DNA of 64,000 nt from a virus (taxonomy: Duplodnaviria > Caudoviricetes): the IMG/VR virus record IMGVR_UViG_2930461776_000001, positions 23,883 to 87,882 of that record; one strand, given 5' to 3'. The translations under genes were made by a program, and so were the position numbers. The notes beneath the pieces are model-generated. The model was not told the DNA's origin. It was given only the letters and a program-made list of their open reading frames with translations, and did not search any database. How positions within the stretch are numbered: position 1 is the first letter of the stretch; each line of letters begins with the position of its first letter. Of the stretch, positions 26,110 through 35,786 are shown in pieces.

Positions 26110-26898
26110 ATGGCCGACGACCTGCTCGTCATCATTCCGACCAGAGGCCGCCCGCACACCATCCCCGAGATCATGCTGGCGTGGGATGGCACCGGGGCCA
26201 CCGCGGACGTGCTGTTCGCGGTCGACACAGACGACCCCGAGCTCGCCGGATACAAGAAGCACGCCGCCGACCTCAAGGCCGACAGCCGGGTCCGCTTCAC
26301 GTTCGGCAAGCGCAGGCGCCTCGTCGGCACACTGAACGCGCAGGCGGTGAAGGCGGCCAAGACCCACCGGTTCCTTGCGTTCCTTGGGGACGACCACCGG
26401 CCTCGCGTCGCAGACCAGCCGTGGGACGAGCGCATCCGCATCTGCCTGTCAGGCGGGCCCGGAATCGTCTACGGCAACGACCTACTGCAGGGCGAGAAGA
26501 TGGCCACCGCCGTCGCGATGACCTCGGACATCGTCACCACGCTGGGCTATATGTGCCCTCCGGCCCTGGTCCATCTCTGCGCGGATCTCTGCTGGGTCGA
26601 CTGGGGCCGCGGCATGGGGCGGATCACGTACCTCGACGACATGGTCATCGAGCACCTCCACCCCGCCGCGTCCAAGGCGGAGATGGACGAGGTGTACGAG
26701 GACTGCAACAGCCCGGAGCGGGCCGAGCAGGACGCCGCCGCCTATTACGACTACCGCGACAACGGCGGCCTCGAAGCTGACCTGGCCGAGCTGCGGAAGC
26801 TCGTCGCGTACAGCAACGGAGGCGCACTGCCCGCTGGCACGACCAGCGCAACCAACACCACCGGGTCAGCCGAAGCCGTCATCAAGGGGGCGTCGTGA
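26110..26898 (+). CDS. Glycosyltransferase, GT-A fold (family 2-like)
   Basis: VIIPTRGRP, FAVDTDD, FLGDDH, C-terminal IEHLHP. Confidence 0.85.
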   Translation: MADDLLVIIPTRGRPHTIPEIMLAWDGTGATADVLFAVDTDDPELAGYKKHAADLKADSRVRFTFGKRRRLVGTLNAQAVKAAKTHRFLAFLGDDHRPRVADQPWDERIRICLSGGPGIVYGNDLLQGEKMATAVAMTSDIVTTLGYMCPPALVHLCADLCWVDWGRGMGRITYLDDMVIEHLHPAASKAEMDEVYEDCNSPERAEQDAAAYYDYRDNGGLEADLAELRKLVAYSNGGALPAGTTSATNTTGSAEAVIKGAS

Positions 26899-27494
26899 CC
26901 GCCCAAGCCGTGATCCAGGCCTGGGATCAGGCCGACCCGTCCGCGATCCACCCGCTCCGCCGTGTCTCTGAGGAGGCGTACTGGGAGTCCGGGAAGGCGC
27001 AGGCCGACATGCTGGCCGCCGTCATCCCCGACGGGGCGAAGGTCATGGACTTCGGGTGCGGTGACGGCCGCGTCGCCATCCCCATGGCCGGACTCGGCTA
27101 CGAGGTCACTGCTGTCGACAGCTCGCAGCGGATGCTCGACCGGCTCACCGAACACGCGCCCGAGCTGACCACGGTCCAGGCGGATGCCGACGGCATCGCC
27201 GGGCATCTAGGCCGTCGCCGTATGGACGCCGTGTACTGCCTGGCCGTCCTCATCCACCACAGCTACGCGGACTGCCTGCACATCATCGGCAAGCTCCGGG
27301 CCGCCACCAAGCTCGGCGGGATCCTCGTCCTCGACTGGCCGCTCTCCGACCAGCCCGGCGAGGCCGACAGCTGGATCGGCGTCACCACCTGGTCCGCTCA
27401 GCAGCAGGACGACGCCTGCCAGCGAATCGGACTGGACCCCGTCGACAGCGAACTGCCGTGGGGCGTCTACCGGGCCGTGAAGGTGGACGCGTGA
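26895..27494 (+). CDS. Class I SAM-dependent methyltransferase
   Basis: VMDFGCGDGR motif I; AVDSS; GGILVLD. Confidence 0.92.
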   Translation: MTAQAVIQAWDQADPSAIHPLRRVSEEAYWESGKAQADMLAAVIPDGAKVMDFGCGDGRVAIPMAGLGYEVTAVDSSQRMLDRLTEHAPELTTVQADADGIAGHLGRRRMDAVYCLAVLIHHSYADCLHIIGKLRAATKLGGILVLDWPLSDQPGEADSWIGVTTWSAQQQDDACQRIGLDPVDSELPWGVYRAVKVDA

Positions 27495-27889
27495 CTGGTG
27501 AGGTTGCGTTCGGGATCCTCCTCGCCCACCTCGTTGGGGACTACCTCATTCAGTCCGACTGGATGGCGAACGAGAAGACCAAACGGTGGTGGCCCGCCGC
27601 CGCGCACGCCGTCACCTACGGCCTGCCGTTCCTGCTCATCACCCAGTCCCCGCTCGCGCTCGCGGTCATCGTCGTCACTCACGCGGTCATTGACCACTAC
27701 CGGCTGGCCAGGCACGTGGTGTGGGCGAAGAACTTCATCGCCCCACGCTCCTACTGGCATCCGTGGTCGGAGTGCTCAGCGACGGGCTACCACAAGGATC
27801 GCCCGACGTGGCTCGCCGTTTGGCTGATGATCATCGCCGACAACACGATCCACCTCGCCATCAACGCCGCTGCCGTCACCTGGCTCTGA
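27491..27889 (+). CDS. DUF3307-family membrane protein
   Basis: AHLVGDYLIQSDWMA..K...HA..Y...HAVIDH...DNTIH. Confidence 0.85.
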   Translation: MTGEVAFGILLAHLVGDYLIQSDWMANEKTKRWWPAAAHAVTYGLPFLLITQSPLALAVIVVTHAVIDHYRLARHVVWAKNFIAPRSYWHPWSECSATGYHKDRPTWLAVWLMIIADNTIHLAINAAAVTWL

Positions 27890-27898
27890 GGAGGTTCG

Positions 27899-28765
27899 AT
27901 GCGCGTCCTCCTCACGGGACACCGAGGCTTCGTCGGCCGCCACCTCTACGAGGCCATGGACGAGCGCGGGTGGCTGGTCACCGGCATCGACCTCGCCGAC
28001 GGACGCGACGCCCTCGACTTCTTCCGCCGCGACGCCAGCCCATGGGACCTCGCCATCCACTGCGCGGCCATCGTCGGCGGCCGGGCCAGCATCGACGGCT
28101 CACCACTCGGCGTCGCCACCAACCTCGCGCTCGACGCCTGGTACATGCGGTGGCTCATCCGCACCGGCACACCGCGCGCCGTGTACTACTCGAGCAGCGC
28201 GGCCTACCCGGTCGCGTTGCAGCAGCCCGGCGATGTGCGGCGCCTGTACGAAGAGGACATCAGTCTCGCGTACATGGAAGAACCCGACGCGACCTACGGG
28301 TGGGCGAAGCTGACGGGGGAGAAACTCGCCACCTACGCCGAAGCCGAAGGCTGCCGCATCCTCATCCCGCGCCCATTCAGCGGGTACGGCGAGGACCAGG
28401 CGCCGTGCTACCCGTTCCCCGCATTCATCCAGCGCGCCAAGCGGCGCGACGACCCGTTCGAGATCTGGGGCGACGGCAGCTCGACACGCGACTGGATCCA
28501 CATCGACGACCTGATCGGCGCCACCCTCGCACTCCTCGACAACGAGGTCACCGGCCCGGTCAACCTCGGCTGGGGACGCGCCACCAGCTTCGACGAACTC
28601 GCCAACATCGTCACGGCGACCGCCGGCTACCGGCCGCAGCTCAAGCACAGGCTCGACGCCCCGCAAGGCGTCCACCACCGCGTCAGCGACCCCAGCCGGA
28701 TGCTCAACCACTACGTCCCGACGGTGACCCTCGAAGAGGGCGTGCGGAGGGCACTCAACACCTGA
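27899..28765 (+). CDS. NAD-dependent nucleotide-sugar epimerase/dehydratase
   Basis: LLTGHRGFVG; YSSSAAY; YGWAK (YxxxK); RDWIHIDD. Confidence 0.93.
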   Translation: MRVLLTGHRGFVGRHLYEAMDERGWLVTGIDLADGRDALDFFRRDASPWDLAIHCAAIVGGRASIDGSPLGVATNLALDAWYMRWLIRTGTPRAVYYSSSAAYPVALQQPGDVRRLYEEDISLAYMEEPDATYGWAKLTGEKLATYAEAEGCRILIPRPFSGYGEDQAPCYPFPAFIQRAKRRDDPFEIWGDGSSTRDWIHIDDLIGATLALLDNEVTGPVNLGWGRATSFDELANIVTATAGYRPQLKHRLDAPQGVHHRVSDPSRMLNHYVPTVTLEEGVRRALNT

Positions 28766-28791
28766 CCACTCCACCCGGAAGGCCCGCGCCC

Positions 28792-29001
28792 ATGGCCACC
28801 GACATGTCCTCTACCGATCTGCGACACCTCGCTGACGCCCTCGACGCGATGGCCAAGATGAGCGCCGACACCGGCGTCACGATCACCGCCTACAGCGACA
28901 CGCAGATCACCATCAACAACCACGTCGTCCGGATCTCCTGGCATGAGGATGACGGCGGCAAGCCAGGTCACTACCTCGCCGAATGGCCGGACGGGATGTG
29001 A
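28792..29001 (+). CDS. Small hypothetical protein
   Basis: Start preceded by GAAGGCCCGCGCCC motif. Confidence 0.65.
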   Translation: MATDMSSTDLRHLADALDAMAKMSADTGVTITAYSDTQITINNHVVRISWHEDDGGKPGHYLAEWPDGM

Positions 29002-29012
29002 GAGCCCGCGCC

Positions 29013-29291
29013 ATGGCTTCCAACACCGACCTCCCCAAATGGGTATGGGATCTGACCATCGCCATGCTCAACCACGAAGACGAACACGGCGCCGACAGCA
29101 CCTGCCTCAACGCAGTCGTCAGCGCCATCCCCGTCGACGTCCGCGAACAAGCCGAAGCCATCCGCTCCTACGTCCAAGCCGCCGGGCAGAGCTCGACGAA
29201 AGACCACATCGAGTCGACGTGGAACACGTTGATGGACGGCTTCTCCGGGTTCAAGGCCCCGAAGACAAGCGATGGCGAGGCGACGCCGTGA
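29013..29291 (+). CDS. Small hypothetical protein
   Basis: Start preceded by GAGCCCGCGCC motif. Confidence 0.65.
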   Translation: MASNTDLPKWVWDLTIAMLNHEDEHGADSTCLNAVVSAIPVDVREQAEAIRSYVQAAGQSSTKDHIESTWNTLMDGFSGFKAPKTSDGEATP

Positions 29292-29644
29292 ACGATGCCC
29301 TTCCCATCGCGCTGTCCTGGCTCGCTGCCGCAGCCGCCCTCGCCTTCCACTGGGACAACCGTCGACGGTGGCGCCGCATGAACCGCAAGCCCAGCCCGGC
29401 CAAGGCCATCGGCCCGACAGCGGCTGTCATCGAGATCGTCGAAAAGGGGCGAGCCACCGACGGCACCCTCGGCGGCAGCGTGATTCTCCCCAACGACATC
29501 CGCATCAACGGCCAGTCCCTCGCTGCCCCCGCTGACCGCCCCATCGTCGTCCACGAGATCAGCACCGAACCCGACGACCTCGTCTGCGTCACCCTCACCC
29601 TCATCGCCCGCCGCGTCACCATCGCAGCCGAAGGCGACCTCTAA
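29288..29644 (+). CDS. Hypothetical protein with N-terminal TM
   Basis: GTGA coupling. Confidence 0.6.
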   Translation: MNDALPIALSWLAAAAALAFHWDNRRRWRRMNRKPSPAKAIGPTAAVIEIVEKGRATDGTLGGSVILPNDIRINGQSLAAPADRPIVVHEISTEPDDLVCVTLTLIARRVTIAAEGDL

Positions 29645-29665
29645 CCCCGCAACGGAGCCCGCGCC

Positions 29666-30262
29666 ATGGATCTCCACGCCTGGATCACCCAGCAAGTCGA
29701 CGCCGCTGAGAAGCGGGCCCGAGCCTGCGACGCCACCGACTGGCGGCACGTCTTCGACGGCATCATCGTCGACCGCGACACCGATGGCTGGCAGTCCGCG
29801 CCCGACAACGCGCGCATCGCCAGCGTGGCCTACGAGCGGATCTACTGGTCCACCAGTCCGGCTCACTCGCCCCACGCCGACCACATCGTCAGCAACGACC
29901 CGGACACCGTCCTGCGCCGCTGCGAGGCGGACCGCCGCATCCTCGCCCGGCACCGGCTCGACCCCGACGTCACCTACGAGCCCGCCTGCAAGGGCTGCCG
30001 CACCTACGGCGACCAAGACATGTCGTGGACCGACAACCTCAACGACTGCCCCGAGCTACTCGACCTCGCCCACGCCCACGGGCTGACGGACCGAATCCTC
30101 GCCGGACTCGACCGGCCGCAGCCGCCCGAGCAGCCCAAGCGCGAACCGCACCCGGACGGAATCCTCGGCATGCTCCGAGACGCCTTCGACCACGCGCTCA
30201 CCGCGCCCATCACCACCAGCGACGTGCCCGAAGCGCTACGCGGGCCCCGCTGGAAGCCGTAG
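29666..30262 (+). CDS. DUF6221-like protein
   Basis: HIVSNDPDTVLRRCEADRRILARH...C..C...CPELLDLA. Confidence 0.8.
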   Translation: MDLHAWITQQVDAAEKRARACDATDWRHVFDGIIVDRDTDGWQSAPDNARIASVAYERIYWSTSPAHSPHADHIVSNDPDTVLRRCEADRRILARHRLDPDVTYEPACKGCRTYGDQDMSWTDNLNDCPELLDLAHAHGLTDRILAGLDRPQPPEQPKREPHPDGILGMLRDAFDHALTAPITTSDVPEALRGPRWKP

Positions 30263-30286
30263 CCCCACACGCCAGGAGCCCGCGCC

Positions 30287-30910
30287 ATGCCCCGCTACCC
30301 GGTCACCTACCTCACCGGCACCACCGACTACACGATCAACTACCTCGACGGCACCACCGAGACCATCGAAGCCGACGGCGTCGAATACGACTCCGACGCC
30401 CGTGACTACACCTTTATCAAGGACAAGCAGGCCGTCGCCCTCGCACCCGTCGCCAACGTCCGCAGCGTCGTCCGTCAGGACACTGGCCCGAAGGCATCCG
30501 TCACCTACCCGCACCAGGACGGCGACGTCACCGTTCTCGGACCCGAGGTGTTCGCCTCGACCGACCGCGAGGTGCGCAACGAGGTAACCCTCAAGCTCGA
30601 CGACCAGGGCGTGCGCGGCGCTATCACCGCCGACATGAACAAGGCGCGCGAGCAGGCCGCCGAGCTAGAGCGGCTGCACACAGGTGAAGAACCCGTCACC
30701 GACGAACGCATCACCCCAACCCCCGGCCAGTGGATCTGGAAGTGGAATCGGGTCACGCCAGAGAAGCGCCTCGACATGGCGGCACAGATCCTGGACAACA
30801 TGCCGATCGCGCGCAACTGCTTCATGAACGACCACGAAGCGCAGATCGAAAGGCTGCGCGCCGAAGTCGAACGGCTCCGTGGCGAGACCGAACGCAGCCC
30901 CAAGGAGTAG
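30287..30910 (+). CDS. Hypothetical, apparently chimeric protein
   Basis: Start preceded by GGAGCCCGCGCC; internal YLTGTTD/YLDGTTE duplication. Confidence 0.65.
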   Translation: MPRYPVTYLTGTTDYTINYLDGTTETIEADGVEYDSDARDYTFIKDKQAVALAPVANVRSVVRQDTGPKASVTYPHQDGDVTVLGPEVFASTDREVRNEVTLKLDDQGVRGAITADMNKAREQAAELERLHTGEEPVTDERITPTPGQWIWKWNRVTPEKRLDMAAQILDNMPIARNCFMNDHEAQIERLRAEVERLRGETERSPKE

Positions 30911-30912
30911 CG

Positions 30913-31224
30913 ATGGGCGGCGGCTGGCAAGGCAGCACCCGACGCAAGAGACTCCCCCCGAACTGGGAATCACAGATCCGCCCCGCCGCCCACGCCCGCA
31001 ACCCCGACCACATCTGCCACCTCTGCGGACAACCCGGCGGCGACTATCTCGACCACAAGAACCCAGGCGACGACCACAGCCCCGAGAACCTCGACTGGGC
31101 CCACGACAAGGTGCCGCCGCACTGCCACCGGTACAAGAGCAGCCGAGAAGGCCACGCCGCGAAAGCCGCCAACCCGCGGCCCGGACGACGGCGGCCCGAA
31201 GAACCGCACCCCGGCGCCCTGTAA
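30913..31224 (+). CDS. Small HNH-family protein of the packaging-associated type
   Basis: WQGSTRRKRLPPNW...CHLC...DH..PGDDHSPENL...CHRYKSSREG; upstream of terminase. Confidence 0.82.
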   Translation: MGGGWQGSTRRKRLPPNWESQIRPAAHARNPDHICHLCGQPGGDYLDHKNPGDDHSPENLDWAHDKVPPHCHRYKSSREGHAAKAANPRPGRRRPEEPHPGAL

Positions 31225-31228
31225 GGCG

Positions 31229-31450
31229 GTGACCGTGCCCGCCTACCTGATCGTCCACCCGCGCGAGCAACGAAAAGATGACGTCCTCATCGAAGACCCC
31301 CACCTCACCCTCACCGTCGCTGACGGATGGGCCGTCTTCACCGACCAGGACGGCATCTGCCTCGCCATCCCCGCCGGACTAGGAGCCCATATCCAGCGGG
31401 TAGACGAACCCAAGGACCCCGACCAGGAGCCCGCGCCGCAGAAGGAGTGA
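31229..31450 (+). CDS. Small hypothetical protein
   Basis: Clean GC3-rich frame. Confidence 0.65.
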   Translation: MTVPAYLIVHPREQRKDDVLIEDPHLTLTVADGWAVFTDQDGICLAIPAGLGAHIQRVDEPKDPDQEPAPQKE

Positions 31451-31455
31451 GACCT

Positions 31456-31695
31456 GTGGCCAGCAAAGGACGAGGCAACCGCGGCAACGCCGAAACCCTC
31501 CGCCGATACTGGAGTGTTTCGGGCCCCGGGAACGCCAAGATCCGCTGGGGAACTCCTGGCGACTGGACCCGATGCAATCGGCAGCTCAGCCGCTACCTCG
31601 GGGCACGGGCGCGCGGCTACTGCCAGCTACTCCATCGCCGCAACACGGGCGTCTACACGGGCAGCCGAGCCAATGTCGGCCGTCGCAGCCGATGA
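31456..31695 (+). CDS. Small basic phage protein
   Basis: LRRYW...KIRWGTPGDWTRC...GYCQLLH; AAGGAG RBS. Confidence 0.7.
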   Translation: MASKGRGNRGNAETLRRYWSVSGPGNAKIRWGTPGDWTRCNRQLSRYLGARARGYCQLLHRRNTGVYTGSRANVGRRSR

Positions 31696-31794
31696 GGAGC
31701 CGCCCCACTGTCAGCGGGCGTTGAGACAATAGAACCCCGGCGAGCGTTGCACCGCTCCCGGGGCCATGGCCAACCCTGACGCGACAGGACCGAC

Positions 31795-32669
31795 ATGACC
31801 CAAGCTACACGCCCTAAGTTCATCCACTGCGCTCGATGCGGCGTCGAAAAGAAGGTGGGCAAACGCGGGCCCGTACCCGCCTTCTGCTCGGGAGCCTGCC
31901 GCGCCGGAATCGCGCATGACCGGCGCATAGACATCGAGTGCGCGAACTGCGGCCAGCCGGCCAGCGTTCGCAGCGGCAGCCGCTACTGCTCTGCCGCTGC
32001 AGAAACGCCAGCAACCACCAGGCGGCCCGGATGGATGGGCGATACGACGCCGACCTCGCTAGGCGGCGCGAGGAGACGGCTCGGCGGCGCTCCGCCCACG
32101 CGCGACCGTGCCCGTACTGCGGGGGCCTGATGTTGCCGCCAAGGCGTATCCACTGCGGAGAGCCTGAATGCAAGCGAGCCAACAACGCCGAACGGGCGAG
32201 AGCTTGGCACCGCAACTACACGGAGGCGACGGGCAAGCGGTACGGGACCGAGAGGTACCGCGAGCAGTCCATCGAGTACTACAAGCAGCGTCGTGAGCGG
32301 CTCGGCCACTGGCGGCAGCTCTACCCGGAAGCCGCGGCACTGGCCGACGCGCGGCGCCGCATGCTGATCCAGCAGGCCGACCAAGGCGAACGGTTCGCAC
32401 CCAAGGACGTCTACGACCGGGACGACTGGACGTGTGGGCTGTGCCAGCTACCGGTGGACCCAGGTCTGCCATGGCCGCACCCCATGAGCGCCTCGGTGGA
32501 CCACATCCTTCCTCTGCCCCAAGGCGGATCGCACACGCTTGCCAACGTGCAATGTGCTCATCTGAGCTGCAACAGTCGGAAGAGTGATCGAGTTGATGTC
32601 GAGATGATCGCCGAGCTGAGTACCGACCGCGAGGTCGAGCCGGCCCTTCAGGTGATCTTCAGAACGTGA
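31795..32669 (+). pseudogene. HNH endonuclease with Zn-finger N-terminus, split by a 1-bp frameshift near 31993
   Basis: Frame 31795 ends ..RYCS; frame 31938 continues RCRNA...RDDWTCGLC...SVDHILP..GGSH..NVQCAHLSCN. Confidence 0.75.
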
Positions 32670-32880
32670 TCCAATCCCGAAACGGACATAGGGGGCATGC
32701 CCCCCACCCCATGATCTTTTAGGATCGGGGCCGTAATGCACCTGACATCGCGCCTGGGTTTCCAAGGCCCTGACCTGGGGCGATGTCGGGCCCGTTGTTG
32801 AGCCTCGCGCCGGCCGATCGTCCCGCCTTCGTAACATCCCAGGTCAAGTGGCTGTAGCCGTTAACTAGGCCGGCTAGGCT
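32670..32880. other. Candidate cos / packaging-initiation region
   Basis: Non-coding gap between HNH genes and terminase; GGGGGCATGCCCCC palindrome (32691-32704); CCTGACATCGC/GCGATGTCGGG inverted repeat; strand composition flips here. Confidence 0.5.
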
Positions 32881-32886
32881 GGCTGC

Positions 32887-33513
32887 ATGCCAGGGACGCT
32901 TCAGAGTTGCGAGTACTGCGGTGGGGACCTGCCGGTGATGCACCGGTCGGACCGCCGCTACTGCACGAACTCTCACCGCGTCCTTGCCGCTCGGGCCCGT
33001 AAGCGGGAGCGGGAGGCCGCCCTGGCTGCCGAGCAGGCGGCCCGCATTCCGTCCGAGTTGACGTCGCGTCCGCGCTGGGTGCGGCACAAGGACAAGGTGC
33101 CGATGCGGACGGATGGCCGCTTCGCTTCGGTCAATGACCCGTCGTCATGGGCGGACTTCGCTGCGGCCTGCGCCTCCAGGACTGGTGACGGCGTCGGCTT
33201 CGTCCTGACGGCCGGCGACGGATTCGTCGTGCTTGACCTGGACCATGCGGTCGAGGACGGTCGGGTGCTGCCGTGGGCGCGGGCAATCGTCGACATGCTG
33301 CCGCCGACGTACATGGAGCGGGGTCGCTCCGGTACCGGCTTGCACCTGTGGTTCCGCGGGGCGGTGCCGCATGGCCGGCGTATCCGGCGGGGGGAGTTGG
33401 CGGTCGAGGTGTACTCGGACCGCCGCTACATCATCGTGGGCGACCGGGTTCCGGGTACGCCTCTTGAGCTTGCCGAGCTGCCTGATGCGGCCGGTTTGAT
33501 CGCTTCGCTCTGA
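32887..33513 (+). CDS. Stand-alone AEP primase-polymerase domain (NrS-1-like) with N-terminal Zn finger
   Basis: CEYC...YCTNSH; RPRWV...KVP...ASVNDPSSW...GVGFVL...LDLD...SGTGLHLW...EVY. Confidence 0.82.
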   Translation: MPGTLQSCEYCGGDLPVMHRSDRRYCTNSHRVLAARARKREREAALAAEQAARIPSELTSRPRWVRHKDKVPMRTDGRFASVNDPSSWADFAAACASRTGDGVGFVLTAGDGFVVLDLDHAVEDGRVLPWARAIVDMLPPTYMERGRSGTGLHLWFRGAVPHGRRIRRGELAVEVYSDRRYIIVGDRVPGTPLELAELPDAAGLIASL

Positions 33514-33595
33514 CGCCCCGGCGGCGTCCTGCGGGGCGTCGTTGTTTCCAGCCCTTCGTGCGCCCTGGTGGCGTGCTCTGACCCTGGAGGTCGTC

Positions 33596-34039
33596 ATGGG
33601 CGCTCGTGGACCTGTCGGTAAGCGCTCTGAGGAGCGCATGGGCCATCGCTCGAAGAATGAGAAGGACTCGATCACAAAGGCCCCGTCGGGGACCCCGGAT
33701 GACCTGCCGGACCTGCCGGACCCGAGTCCGCTGTGGGATCCGATCGCAACTGACTGGTACCTGTCGCTGCGCAAGTCGGGGCAGGCCGCGTTCTACCAGC
33801 CCTCAGACTGGGCGGTTGCCCGGTATGCCGCGGAGCTGATGTCGCGGGTATTGGACTGCTCGGAGCGAGGCCCGAACGGGCAGCTCGTCGCCGCGCTCAA
33901 TTCGGTGATGGCATCGCTTCTCACGACTGAGGGCGACCGCCGCCGGGCCCGCATGGAGCTGGAGCGGAAGAAGCCCGCAGGGCGCAGCGATGCCGACGTG
34001 ACGGTGCTCGATGACTATCGCGCTGCCTTCGGTGGCTGA
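33596..34039 (+). CDS. terS: Terminase small subunit
   Basis: MGARGPVGKRSEER...WDPIATDWY.SL..SGQAAFY..SDW...LLTTEGDRRRARMEL; precedes TerL. Confidence 0.88.
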   Translation: MGARGPVGKRSEERMGHRSKNEKDSITKAPSGTPDDLPDLPDPSPLWDPIATDWYLSLRKSGQAAFYQPSDWAVARYAAELMSRVLDCSERGPNGQLVAALNSVMASLLTTEGDRRRARMELERKKPAGRSDADVTVLDDYRAAFGG

Positions 34040-35786
34040 CGGCGAGGTCGAGGAAGTCCCGGACGAGATCACCCCTGTTGCTATTGGCCCTACCTGGAAA
34101 CGCGGCGAGGACGGCTTGTTCGTCAAGCCGGCGTTCACGCTCGGCTGGCACGTCCTGGTGTGGACGGGCAAGTACTTGCAGCACCGCGGCTCCCGGTGGA
34201 GGTACACGAACGAGCAGGTTCGGCTGATCCTGTGGTGGTTCGCGCTGGACCCGAACACGGGAGAGTTCGTCTACCGGGACGCTGTGCTGCAGCGCTTGAA
34301 GGGGTGGGGTAAGGATCCCTTCGGGGCGACGCTGTGCGCCGTTGAGTTCGTGGGGCCGTCGCGCTGGTCTGGCCGCATCGCAGGTCCGGACGACGAGAGT
34401 GGCGTCCCGGAGGGGCAGCCTGTCGGTGAGCCGCATCCGGAGCCGTGGGTGCAGGTGGCGGCAGTCTCGAAGGACCAGACCCGCAACACGATGATCATCT
34501 TCGGGTCCTTGTTCACCCCGAAGGCCCGCGCCGAGTACAGCATCGACGTCGGCAAGGAGATCGTCTACGCGCACAAAGGTGACGCCCGGATCGAGGCGGT
34601 CACCTCGTCGCCGCGTGCTCTTGAAGGCGGCCGGACCACGTTCACCCTGCTCAACGAGACGCATCACTGGATTGAGTCGAACCAAGGCCACGAGATGGCG
34701 GCGACGATTGAGCGGAACGCCACCAAGTCGGCGGACGGCTCGGCCCGAACTTTCGCGATCACCAACGCCTTCGAGCCCGGTGAGGACTCGGTGGCCGAGC
34801 AGACCCGCGACGCCTACGAGGCAGCGGAGGCGGGCCGCGCCGAGGACACCGGGATCCTGTACGACTCGCTGGAGGCGCCGCCCGAGGCGAAGCTGACGAA
34901 GCCGTGGCTGGCGAAGGTGCTGGAGGCGGTCCGCGGCGACTCGGACTGGCTCAACATCCCCCGCCTGGTGAAGTCGATCCTGGACCCGCGGAACCCGCCG
35001 AGCCGCTCGAGGCGGTTCTGGTACAACCAGATCGTTGCAGCCGAGGATGCGTGGATGGCCCGCTACGAGTGGGACGCCTGCAAGCGCGACGACCTGCATC
35101 TGGCGGACGGCGACGAGATCGTCATCTTCTTCGACGGCTCCAAGTCAGACGACGCAACCGGGCTGGTGGCGTGCCGCATGTCAGACGGGCTGGTTTCCGC
35201 GCTGGGCGTGTGGCAGAAGCCGGCGAACTGGCCTCAGCCGAACACGCCAGGCTTCGTCCCGTACCAGGTGCCTCGCGATGACGTGCACGGCGTCCTCGAG
35301 AACGCGTTCGCCCGATTCAAGGTGCTGGCGTTCTTCGCCGACCCGGGCGGCGGCAAGGACGACGAGGACGGTGAGATGTACTGGGATTCGTACATCGATC
35401 TATGGGGCCAGGCCTGGGGGCCGAAGCTTGCCCTCCGTGCCGTGGCGTCTGGGCCGAAGGCGCACGCGATTCGTTGGGACATGCGTGGCGACTCGCGGAA
35501 CCAGGAGACGTTCACTGAGGCCGTGAAGCGGACGCATGCCGACGTGCTTCAGCGCCAGTTGGTCCACGACGGCCATAAGGCACTGCGCATCCATGTGATC
35601 AACGCCCGTCGCCGCACGAACCGTTGGGGCGTGACGATCGGCAAGGAACACCGCGCCTCCGCGAAGAAGATCGACCTGGCGGTGTGCATGGTCGGCGCGC
35701 GGATGCTGCGCCGGATGATCCTCAACTCTCCGAAGCGCGCCAAGAAGAAGACGCCGGGCAAGGGCAGGGTGGTGGTGCTTCGATGA
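34011..35786 (+). CDS. terL: Terminase large subunit
   Basis: LQRLKGWGKD Walker A; LLNETHHW Walker B; FFDGSKSDD nuclease motif; KKIDLAV. Confidence 0.95.
   Translation: MTIALPSVADGEVEEVPDEITPVAIGPTWKRGEDGLFVKPAFTLGWHVLVWTGKYLQHRGSRWRYTNEQVRLILWWFALDPNTGEFVYRDAVLQRLKGWGKDPFGATLCAVEFVGPSRWSGRIAGPDDESGVPEGQPVGEPHPEPWVQVAAVSKDQTRNTMIIFGSLFTPKARAEYSIDVGKEIVYAHKGDARIEAVTSSPRALEGGRTTFTLLNETHHWIESNQGHEMAATIERNATKSADGSARTFAITNAFEPGEDSVAEQTRDAYEAAEAGRAEDTGILYDSLEAPPEAKLTKPWLAKVLEAVRGDSDWLNIPRLVKSILDPRNPPSRSRRFWYNQIVAAEDAWMARYEWDACKRDDLHLADGDEIVIFFDGSKSDDATGLVACRMSDGLVSALGVWQKPANWPQPNTPGFVPYQVPRDDVHGVLENAFARFKVLAFFADPGGGKDDEDGEMYWDSYIDLWGQAWGPKLALRAVASGPKAHAIRWDMRGDSRNQETFTEAVKRTHADVLQRQLVHDGHKALRIHVINARRRTNRWGVTIGKEHRASAKKIDLAVCMVGARMLRRMILNSPKRAKKKTPGKGRVVVLR

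Noticed and set aside
26110-28765. Host polysaccharide or secondary-metabolite cluster
   Set aside because: The genes are co-oriented and tightly packed within the phage late block, share the phage start motif, and lack transport or polymerase genes
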